The translations under genes and the position numbers were made by a program. From Nemertoderma westbladi (taxonomy: Eukaryota; Animalia; Xenacoelomorpha), in contig JAUCBJ010002425.1 of the NCBI GenBank assembly GCA_032718475.1, positions 20,604 through 84,603 on the forward strand: a stretch of DNA of 64,000 nucleotides, written 5' to 3'. Shown here one piece after another: positions 48,801 through 59,340 of the stretch (its first letter is position 1; every line of letters begins with the position of its first letter). The notes under the pieces were generated by a model that was not told where the DNA came from, ran no database searches, and was given only the letters and a program-made list of their open reading frames with translations.

Positions 48801-50797
48801 GTTCCTATTTTCAGAGTTCGTTAGAGTACAACTCGACATTAACGTGTCTCGCATTGGATAATTATACGGTATCCGTTTTATCCCATGTTTATTCTTATCT
48901 CAAGACGCACAACATCATCACTACTAAGAGCATTAAGGGTAAGCCCCAGCGTTCTCTACCGTTGGTTAGCAACGCATACGGGCTGAAGAATAAGTTCCTG
49001 AGACTCATCCGGGGTTCTGGCAATATGCGGCAGTACCGGTTTCACGAAGCTGTGGAATACTTTAATTTCGCTAAAATCGCACCGATTACTTTTCCCGAGG
49101 ACGATATCGGTGGTTATGCCGCGTTGCAAATCAACCTCATGGCGTTCGGAATGTCCGATGTTACCATCGACATACCGGAAGACGTTTTGTCTCGTAATTG
49201 TGATCCTATAACGGCCCCAGATGCGAAGGAGCGAACAGATGATGTCATGATAAACTCCTCCACTACATCAACTTCCTTTATCCCTCACGATATAACAAGT
49301 CAGGAGGAAGATGGATCAAATTCACAGGATAATAATTCTAGTATACAAACCTGTCTGGATTCTGGTAAATCCAGTGCAAAAACGTCAGCTCGGTTCGATA
49401 CCGAACAGCCTTCGAAACAGATTGAACCAGTTCCGACTTCATCTAATACATTGGATGCAATTATTACTGGTGACGTAGGAATAACGTGTCTATCAGACAC
49501 CGATGACACACTTCGACCCGCCACTGGTCAACACACAACGGAGACTCGGACTGCACAACAAGAAAATACTTTGCGAGGAGATCTGATTACAGCTCCTTTT
49601 GATTCGGAAGAGTTTAATTTCAATCGCCTTGGAGGCATAGAAGACGAAGAATCGTTGAACATTCTATCCAAGTTTGGAGCTGACGAAGACACCGCCAGCG
49701 ATGATGGGAGTGATGACGATTTTATCCAAAGAACTCCTAATAAATCGAAGAACAAAACCAAACGTAGTAATAATTTAGTCGGCGGTGACCTAGACGCTGC
49801 TGGGGACGAGGATATTATGGCTCGTTACGATCGGTCGGGTATTTCCTACTCGATAAAGACGTGCTCGATAACCTGCGAGATGTTTGACTCGATCCAGCCG
49901 CCGTTCAGAACTCCGTCCACGAAGCTGCACGTCCTTCCGGTGGACCCGGACGACGGCTCTCCCGACCTGTCCCCCATCCCGCTGCCACGATCCGAGGAAT
50001 TACCACGAGTGTTAGATTTCGTCGAATCGCTGACTCATCAACCCGACTCGATGAAGCCGCTCCTTCTCTCCTTCTACGACTTTGTCCTCAACGCTAACGA
50101 ACTCGGCCAATCTCTTCATCGTAGTCTCCAGTTTCTCCAGGAGCTGCTTGACAACAGTATCGACGGCGACGTTCTCAGCGACGTCCAGGTCAGCTGCATC
50201 AACGTGTTCCTCTCGGCGCGACTCATGGTGTTGGTCGGGTCTGAATTCCTCACGCTAGTCTGCACTGAACGCGCCAGCCCTTGGTACTTTCGGGGTTGCC
50301 GGAACTCGGATGACGGTAAGGGTTTGTACTCCTGTTGGCGGTTCATCCCGCATCCTTGGCACACCGTAGACGGCGAGATTTCCGCCAGCATCGTCCATCA
50401 ACTACTCCCCGCCATCCTCTGCCACATCGTAGAATCTCCGGGGACCTTCCAATCCAATGTAATCTCTCGGTTCCATCACGCAATCTCCCCGGTTCAGCTC
50501 CTAAAACTTATCGAGTTACTCGAGCGCTGTGGTTGTCTTGAACGTTTGCATCTCACTGGGACGGCGAAACAACAGTCGTTGATGTTTCATTCTCCTTCGT
50601 GGGCCGTAGGATTGGTTACCGACGAGCCAATAGAACCATCCATGGATTGCTGCATCCTACCAACACCCGACACGTGGACCAATTACGCGCTTCTAATTCA
50701 GTGGATGCAGATAAAATATTACGCTAATATTATGGACGATGTCACAGTTGCCATGGATGACAATAAAGTTGACCCCATAGCAACATTGACTCGATAA
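45897..50797 (+). CDS. GTF3C1: GTF3C1 exon 2 (4.9 kb); joined protein ~1956 aa
   Basis: Acceptor TTTTAG| at 45896 is phase 1 and matches the exon 1 donor (G+AT=Asp); motifs YGLQPKMTRLRELHTFLWY, DWRRFVPSIP, GACGFDSHLWVH..NW, PWHTVDGEI..ILCHIVESPG fit metazoan GTF3C1. Confidence 0.85.
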
Positions 50798-51082
50798 ACA
50801 TCCTTCAAATTACAACTAATAATGATAGTATAAAACGTCCATTTTTCCGTTATTTAAATTGGAAAGAGCCTGTAACAGTATCAATATCATGGATTTTGAC
50901 AATTAGATATGTCTTGCAATAAACTTAATACATTTATCTAAGCAAATTATTTATGGTGACATATTTTTTTAAGGATCTGGCACTACATCCTGGGTTTCAA
51001 ATTATCGTGGTTATTTTTTGTGTAATGTTTTTAAGGAAAATAGGACAAAATTTCAGAATATAATATGAATTAATTTTTTTGA

Positions 51083-51178
51083 CACATTTATTTCACTAAA
51101 CCGGCACATTTATTTCACTAAACCGGCACATTATTTCACTAAACCGGCACATTATTTCACTAAACCGGCACATTATTT
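51083..51178. repeat. ~22-bp minisatellite (CACATTTATTTCACTAAACCGG) x4
   Basis: Seen directly downstream of the GTF3C1 3' UTR (AATAAA at ~50918). Confidence 0.85.
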
Positions 51179-52277
51179 ATTTATGCTAAAACGTTATTTA
51201 ATGATTTGAAAATTATCGGCAAACTAAAAGCCTGAGACAGTTTTTGATAGGGGTTGATTTAGTTAAAAGTTTATAAAGGTGATTTATTAAAGTGATATTA
51301 TAATTAATAGGTCTTTGGTGAAACCCAATTCTGTTTATATTTATTGAGGTGGCAAACCTTTCCACTAGAAAGTAAAAAAAACCAAAAAAATATAAACACA
51401 TTGCAGGTAATTTAATGTAATATTCTGTATAATATGCTAGTTAAATAATTTATTTGGCTCTCGTTTGCTGATGAGTACTGTATTATTAATGTTTAGATAT
51501 ATTTTTATCTTTTGATTTGGTAGTGTGAATGCGGCATAAGGGGAAGGATCATATTAGTAACATGTTCATAAAAATAGCCCAGAATCCTTAATCTCGAGAC
51601 AAAAAAAATTATGTGCCGCAAAAAAAATAAGCAATCATTTGTTAATTATTATCGTTTCAATTTTAACATTAATTTTTATAATTATTGTCAGGTTATATTT
51701 ATTTACAGTAAGTCATGTTTGCTAGCACTTAATACGATGACTTCTAAAAACGTGTAATACGTTAAATATGTTAATTTCAGCCCAGGGGGGATATAAACCA
51801 GACTGCGTAGGTCAGGCCATGCTTCCCTGGGTTTGGCCAGTCTGCTGATACTGGTCTTGGTGGGAATACTCCCACTGCTGACCTCTCTGTCGTTATGGCC
51901 TCCCTTTCTCCCATAATTGGCCACTCTGTTGGTATGAAACCCCCAATTCTTAAAATAATTATAAAATTTCTTAAAAATTCCTAAAAATTTGTATAAAAAT
52001 TTAAATTCAATCAAAAATCAATCAAAAATTATCAAAATCTGATTGTTCATGATTGTCGTCATTCTTTTATTGTGTATTCTGGAATATTACCCAACATAAA
52101 AAGTGTAATTTATTACTTGATTCTGTGATAAAAGTATTACTACTACTACTGATATTATTATTTCTTATTTTTACTTATAATACTGATATATCACTTATAC
52201 TGATCACACTGTGAAAACTGCGACAGAAGTAAACATTAATGTACTGGGAAATATTATGGAATACATAAATTTCTATA

Positions 52278-52836
52278 TGGGGCGTTCATAAAGTATGTCA
52301 CGCAAATTTTCCAGTTTTTTGACCCCCCCCCCCCCCCCCCTCTGTCACAAAGTGTCACGCAAGCTCAACCCCCCCCCCCACCCCCTCTGTCACAAAAACA
52401 AATTTTTTTCGTAAATTTATACCCCCCCCCCCCCTCCCCCCTAGACGAAAAATATTTTATTTCAATAATTTAATAACAGTTAGAAAGCACAATAGAAAGT
52501 GAAACATTTTGACTGAAGTAGTTCTTACTAAAAGCCTATACATACTTTAGCAGCTTCAAACTACAGTACTGTACATGTACAAGGCAGACTAGACAGGGGT
52601 GTCCTGTTAATGTTAGGGATTAAATTCAATGTTATTGAGTTTATTGTTTTTTCCTTAAAGTTTCCCACTCATCTACAAATGTGTTAGTCAAAGTCAAGCT
52701 AACATTAAAGCATACCGTAGAGCATCGCCGTGACCGTCACAAAAGTCAACCCCCCCCCCCCCCCCTGTCACAAAATGTCACGCAAGCTCGACCCCCCCCC
52801 CCCCCCTAGTGCGTGACATACTTTATGAATGCCCCC
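52278..52836. mobile_element. PIF/Harbinger (Tourist-like) MITE
   Basis: TIRs GGGGCGTTCATAAAGTATGTCACGC / GCGTGACATACTTTATGAATGCCCC, flanked by TATA on both sides; internal poly-C/GTCAC repeats. Confidence 0.75.
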
Positions 52837-53847
52837 TATATCCTGTGGGGAATTTTTATCTTATTTAAGAAACTTTCATTTTGTAAGGCACTTTTAGAAA
52901 TTTTTATATTTTGATAATTTTTATTCAACATTTTGCAACGAAAATATTTGTGCTTAATATATTTCTTATTCAACGACGAACTTTGTATCAACGATGTTTA
53001 TTTTATAAAAATCCACTCAATAGAACGAGATAATCTTAAAAAAAATTATAAATGTAAATCTCTGATTAGTTCCGGTACCCTATTATGTACGTTCCTTGAG
53101 CATGGTGTATATTTTATTACGTAGAACAATAAAGCATTTAGTTGAATAATTTTGTTGACATTTGAAATCTTACTGACTTCTTCATTCTCTTCAAAAATAA
53201 GCTAGACAGTTTAGTAAATGATATAACACAAATTGGGGACTTCGCGCAGCACGTGAAATATAATTGATATTAAATAGTAACTCTAAAGGAATTTAAACAA
53301 CAAGGCCTGTACTGCAGCGGGAGGGGAAGACGGCCTAAATGCACACAGGACAGGCCCTCACAAAGATTCAGCCTTAGTTCTATAAATATTTGCCAGGTAT
53401 AAAGCTCGAAAGGATTACAAAAAATGACGTAACAGAAAGGAGAGCCTGGTCTGCCATCCACAACCTATCTGTATCTAAAGGTACGCTCATAGCAACAGGT
53501 GCAAAGGAAACCGTGACTGCAATAATATTTTGAAATGTTTTAATATAGCCAACCTATACAAATCGGCTCTATTTTTCACAGGGTGTTTTAGCCAATCACA
53601 GAGTTAAGGAATATCTATCAGCAAGTCTATAAAGCTTTTTGCTTCAAAGCAATAACTGTGGGCCTGTTATGGTTAACAATGATGTTTTTGCATAACTTCT
53701 GTCAGTCTGGTCAGTGAATAGAATACTGAATGGTGATTGCTGAACCGGTCCGGTACCTATTCCGGTAGCACATAGGACGATTTTTACAAAATAATAATAT
53801 TGTTTACTGGAATTGTATCAGAAACCTGTACCTGAATCGAAGTAACA

Positions 53848-55131
53848 ATGGAACTAACTATTGACTCGGCCAGCGCGAGCGCATTGGTAATTACGAAATC
53901 GATGTTCGCGAACATTTGTTTAAAAAATGTTTCTTTTGTGCGGACTTTTCTCGAAGAATACCTGGATGCGAACCAGAGTTTTCTAGAAGATTATATCGTT
54001 AAGAAATGTACGGCCGGTCTTATTACTGAGTGGCTGCAGCGTTCGCTGTCTTCTGCGTCTAACATCCCCTTCACCACTGCAGGTTTTCAACACTTCCCAG
54101 CCCAATCGCCGTCGCCAACGGCTGTACCTGTTTCTGCTACCGGGTACCGCGAAAACGGGCAGCCACAGCCGCATCAGAGAGCGTTGTGTACATCACCTAC
54201 CGCACCATTTAGGTACCGGTACAGCCACATCGACAATACGACGACTTCCAGAATGAGTTACCGTTGTAAACCGCCATACTCGAGTCTTCGTTCGCCACTT
54301 ACCAAACCTTCGTACAAACAGCCTCTGATGACGTCACACCACAACCAGACATGCCTCCCCCGAGAACCAATGGAACCTATACTGAGTCCTGTACACGCCA
54401 GACCAAATTCCATTGTATGTGAATCGGATAATATTTCATCCAGTTTAACTTTATTAACCTCTAACGACAAACTTTCTACCGCCGCAGTAACCACAACAGA
54501 CTCAAACAATTATTCTACTCAACTTCCACCAGACAAGTCACATGTTCCAGAAATCGTATTCATTAAGATGGAAGACAAACTGGAGTATAAACCTGACATA
54601 GGTGATAATGGCAACAATATGGACGAATTGTTGTGCGGTGTAGATCCATTACATTCTTTGGGTGGCCAATCACAAGCATCCTTTCATGACGTAATGTCCG
54701 CTACTGAAAGTGTGAATAATTTGTGCGATCAACCCGGCCCATCTGGGTTTCTACCCCGGGGCATTGTGGAGCGAAGTCTCTCAGAATTAAGGCCTTTCAT
54801 CTGCGATACTTGTGGTAAGGCGTTCGCTCTTAAGAGTACCCTAAATAGACACCAACGGATCCACAGCGCCCAGCGACCGCACCAATGCGGAATCTGCCAC
54901 AACCGTTTCTCTCAACTAAGCCACCTAACCATTCACATGCGAACGCACAGTGGCGAGAGACCGTATAACTGCAACGTTTGTCAAAAACGATTCTTTCAAC
55001 TGGGCCACCTATACATCCACAACAGGACTCATACCGGAGAGCGTCCGTACGTGTGTGACATTTGCGGGAAAGGGTTTATACAGAGTTGCAATCTAAACAG
55101 ACACAAACTGTCACATTCGGATGGACGCTAG
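53848..55131 (+). CDS. C2H2 zinc-finger protein (4 C-terminal Kruppel-type fingers), intronless
   Basis: Fingers FICDTC..HQRIH, HQCGIC..HMRTH, YNCNVC..HNRTH, YVCDIC..HKLSH with SGERPY/TGERPY linkers; IKME SUMO-type motif; CCAAT at ~53592 and CTGTCAGTCTG at ~53698 upstream. Confidence 0.9.
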   Translation: MELTIDSASASALVITKSMFANICLKNVSFVRTFLEEYLDANQSFLEDYIVKKCTAGLITEWLQRSLSSASNIPFTTAGFQHFPAQSPSPTAVPVSATGYRENGQPQPHQRALCTSPTAPFRYRYSHIDNTTTSRMSYRCKPPYSSLRSPLTKPSYKQPLMTSHHNQTCLPREPMEPILSPVHARPNSIVCESDNISSSLTLLTSNDKLSTAAVTTTDSNNYSTQLPPDKSHVPEIVFIKMEDKLEYKPDIGDNGNNMDELLCGVDPLHSLGGQSQASFHDVMSATESVNNLCDQPGPSGFLPRGIVERSLSELRPFICDTCGKAFALKSTLNRHQRIHSAQRPHQCGICHNRFSQLSHLTIHMRTHSGERPYNCNVCQKRFFQLGHLYIHNRTHTGERPYVCDICGKGFIQSCNLNRHKLSHSDGR

Positions 55132-57098
55132 TTTAGTTGTGATACGTACGGTAATGGTCAATATTTAACGCCATCTTATAACAGTGTGGAATACACATAA
55201 CTGCGCCGTTGGCCGAAACATTTCCGAAATATTAATATCGAAATATTAAAGCCTCGAAACATTTCCCCATTAAATATTATTCTAGAACATCACAAATTCG
55301 ATCGTTTTAGGTTCAGTCTTCCCTATTAGTCCAGTAGATACTGTATTTTATTGTACCTGCATGAAAGTTTAGTGTATAATAGAAAGATTAGTGTATAGGT
55401 AATATTTGTGTCATCAATAATAATGACTGATGCCCAACTGGCATTTTTTGAGACTTTCCCTAAATCATACTGTAATTTTTCTTAAACACTATAAAAAACA
55501 TTATTGAGTACAAGTTTCCTATTCCTCCATTTCTTATAGATGAAGATGATTCGGGTCTGGCACTAAGAACTGTTGAGACGTACTGTAACTGTGACCAACC
55601 TAAGTTGAAGGATATATATATTGAATTGAATTGAATTCATAGAATTGAAATACTGGAACGCAATGTAGTTGAGTGGTTTATTAGTAACGTTCCAGAATAA
55701 TTTAATTATTTTTGCAATAAAGCTGTGATTCAGTGGGGAAGGAATAAGTTTTACACTGGCCTGTCGCAAATTAATTGCTATATCTCGGTAACTAGAAGTA
55801 CCCAATAATTAAGGTACCCTAACTGATGTAAAAAAAATAACAATTCCGCTGTGCAAGGGAATTTAATAATCTCCACTAGGCCTGCTGTTACATTATATAT
55901 TATACATTATAAAATTGCGATATTAGCAATTTGAGGTGTAATTTATTTATTAGTTTTAGTTTTTAAAAACCACAATAGTTTATTATATAGCCAATCAATA
56001 TTTTGAGAATAAGGGTTTTTGAGGTCGACAAAGCTGATGGTCTTAGTTAAAAAAACACATTTAGTATAGCAGTTCACCAGTCATAAGCCTCCTTCCTATA
56101 TTATTATTGTACTGTACCAACCAAATCCAAATGAAATGATTGGATAAATTTACGTTGCTCGGAAACTACGGTAGGTAACTACGGTACGTAAAAGGATATT
56201 GTTAAGTCAATCAGTAGTCAATGGACTAAAGTTTGTTTTCACAAAATTTGGGAAAAACTTCACCAATATTTACCTTGTTCATATTTAAAGAAACATGAAA
56301 TTGAAGGTGTTAAAATGGTCTGGAACATGGGATTTTTGTGATCTACTTCTACATACACAAAGATACTGTATATCCAAAGTCAATTTTGTAACAATTTCAC
56401 CCTTTTTTCGCTAAGCCGCTCCACTATAATAGTCACTGTGAGAACTGGAATACTGTAGAGGATTAGGGCTATGTGAAGAATACTATTGGAATTTAATATG
56501 TGAAGAATTAGTATTTTTTTTTACTTATCCTCATTAACTGTTTTATAGCGCTTATTTCTTCTATGTTATACAGAAACTTGTACATAATGTTTCGCGTTTA
56601 TTGTTTTGGTTAGTTTCAGCCTTTCTATAACAGACTTTTTACTGATCACATTTGGGTAAAGGTAAACCGCAAAATGAAATACAGAACGCCGGCAGAACGT
56701 CTGGTATACTTCGATGGTATTGGAGCAGGTACATTTACAATAATTTATTACAATTAATGATGAGATGATACAGTAAATTTATCATTTATAATTTACCTTT
56801 ACCATATCATTTATTATTTTATCATATACTTTTGAAGCTAAAATAAATATATAATAACTGTATAAGTTAATGATTACAAATGGAACATTCATCTTCTCTT
56901 TCCCTACTAACTCGCAAACAAACCCACCACCACCCCAGCACCCCCCACCACCCCCTCATTCATATCATGCAAACATAACGGTACCGGTACTACAGTATTA
57001 CTATATACTACTCTACAGCAGTACTGCTGTAAACTGTACTGTCTACTGTCAGTCTGGATTTTGCAGTTAGCAACAAAATTTGAACATACAATGCAGCA

Positions 57099-57353
57099 AT
57101 GACTGTTTTTCACGACGAAGTAGAAATCGAGGACTTTGAGTTTAATTCGGAAGAGGAGACGTTTTACTACCCGTGTCCCTGCGGAGATTTGTTTGAGATT
57201 ACGTTGGAGGATTTACGTAACGGCGAGGAAGCTGCTTACTGTCCCAGCTGTTCGCTGGTCGTAAAGGTTATTTATAACGCCGCCGATTTCGCCGATACGG
57301 AAAAATTACGACGTGAGAGCAGCTCCTCCCAAGAGATCCAAGCGTCGGCCTGA
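57099..57353 (+). CDS. DPH3: Diphthamide biosynthesis protein 3 (CSL zinc finger, KTI11), intronless
   Basis: [45 protein letters not shown] is diagnostic. Confidence 0.96.
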   Translation: MTVFHDEVEIEDFEFNSEEETFYYPCPCGDLFEITLEDLRNGEEAAYCPSCSLVVKVIYNAADFADTEKLRRESSSSQEIQASA

Positions 57354-57737
57354 GTGAATGTTGTAGAGACACCGCAGCACCGCTATCGAAAATTGAAATA
57401 ATTTAACAAAATTTAATAGTTCTTCTCATGCTTGGCTCATATTATTCCTATCCAGCTTGCGGTTGCTACCTCTCTGCGTTTCTAATACTGCAGTACCGGT
57501 ACCGGTATTGTAGTTTATAGCATATCCAGATCGTTATCATATACCGATACCGTGCGATATACTGACTGACTGAATACGATATACAGATATACGGTACTCG
57601 TACTCTCAACTCTGGACTGAAATACAGGAATAACGCACGGGCTTTGTATTAAACATAAGTTCTGTTTTTCTTTTTACTGTCAGTCTGATAAACGAACAAT
57701 TATTTGGAAGCTTGCTATTAAATTTTACATCGTTACG

Positions 57738-58385
57738 ATGAATCTGTTTCTATACGCCGCACTCCTCTTTGTGCACATATCCTCCACTGTCGCTAACGAT
57801 TCTGTCTACGTGCTCGAACAAAGTATCGACTTCCAAGAGTTCGAGAAACTCGGAGTCATTAGTATCCGAGGCGACGCAGTAAATTTCCTCCCTTCCGGCC
57901 CACTATCGGAGAACCTCCGCACTCAGCTGACCGCCGCCTCCGTGGGGTCTACATACCGCGTGCGGATTCCGGTTAAACGTCCGGACGGATCGGTTTCCGA
58001 CGTGATGGGCGTCGGATCGGTGTGCTCGTTGCTGGACCCCCGGCGACCCCCGTCCGTCAGTCTGCATACCGACAGCGTGGGGGGGATTGTCGGACTGTCG
58101 GTAGATCCATCCCCGTGCGGGACCCCGGTTGCAGACCCGCCCGAGGAGCTCAACCTGGAGGTGCGTCTCAGTCAGACAGTGGCCGGCCCGGTTCCGGACA
58201 CGCAGAGTTACATCGAGAAGGTTCAGGCGGAGAAACGCGCCAAGGAGACGGGAGAGGGGGCGGACAATCGGTCCTTCTTGCAGAAGTACTGGATGTACAT
58301 TGTGCCCTTCTTTATCTTTATGCTCGTCAGTAATCTATCGTCGGCAGGTCAGGATGGTGGAGGTGGAGGTGGAGGTACTCGTTAG
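57738..58385 (+). CDS. EMC10: ER membrane protein complex subunit 10, intronless
   Basis: Signal peptide, YRVRIP, GPVPDTQSYIEKV..DNRSFLQKYWMYIVP transmembrane segment and Gly-rich tail. Confidence 0.92.
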   Translation: MNLFLYAALLFVHISSTVANDSVYVLEQSIDFQEFEKLGVISIRGDAVNFLPSGPLSENLRTQLTAASVGSTYRVRIPVKRPDGSVSDVMGVGSVCSLLDPRRPPSVSLHTDSVGGIVGLSVDPSPCGTPVADPPEELNLEVRLSQTVAGPVPDTQSYIEKVQAEKRAKETGEGADNRSFLQKYWMYIVPFFIFMLVSNLSSAGQDGGGGGGGTR

Positions 58386-59340
58386 AGTACCTATCATTTA
58401 TGTTTCTACTCCAATAAGTTCATGTTTCTTAGTTCCCCAAAAATAACATAAATTTATCCCCTTCGTTGTCTTTACATTGATGTTAAATTTACTTTGGTAT
58501 ATTATTTTGATTTTATGGAAGATTTGAAAATGTTTAAAATTGGTCAACTCATTTTTTATAATATTTGATTTAGTTATTAAATAAATTGAAAAGTGAGCTA
58601 TTATTTATCATGTTCTGTAATAACTTTACCGATATTAGTTATAACTTATCCTTACAAATATATTTTACTATAAAGTATGAGATTGCCGCTGGTTAGCGCA
58701 ATCGCGATGATGGCGAGTTGTACCAGAGGTTCACACACTGCACGCACGCACAGTCCACAGTGTCTACGGGTGAGGGCGGATACTGGATAGCCATTAAGGT
58801 GACATTACTGAAATTATTTTATCAAATCATTATATATAATAAGTAAATATATAAATATAATATCATAATAAGTAAAAAGAATCGTATGAGTTACAAATTC
58901 TTGAGTTAGAATGATAATGTCTAATTGTATTTTGTGGTTGTGGATTTATAATTTGTATTTTCCTTTCAAACTTTTTCTACTATGAGTCGCACTGTAGGTA
59001 TTAGGTTACAGAACTGTGCAACTAATTAATACAAGAACGCTTCCAACTTTCCTTTTTTTCTTTCTTCTTACCTTTTTTCCTTAGTGGAAAAATGTTATTT
59101 GTCACTACATCTCCATTTCAAGCTTTATGAATTTTCAATTGGATTTTCGAGAAAATTTCAGCGAATACATTTAGGCTTTACTTAAATAAAGACATACCAC
59201 GATAAAAATGTTATACCTAAGTTCAGAACTATAATAACTTAGGTAACTATAATAACAGGCTATGCGACGTTTACAGGCTACGTATAATTGTCTCTAAACA
59301 TATATTATATTTATTGAGTTCTCTTATAATGTAAATTACA

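Noticed and set aside
45835-50541. Many short antisense or alternative-frame ORFs within GTF3C1 exon 2 (also in exon 1, ZF, EMC10, pLGIC)
   Set aside because: Shadow ORFs of real coding sequence with no recognisable motifs.
3512-52806. Frequent poly-C/poly-G runs (e.g. 3512, 18086, 18929, 24138, 24537, 42753, 52324) as G-quadruplex regulatory elements
   Set aside because: Mostly inside MITEs; homopolymer lengths are unreliable in assemblies; no positional pattern relative to genes.
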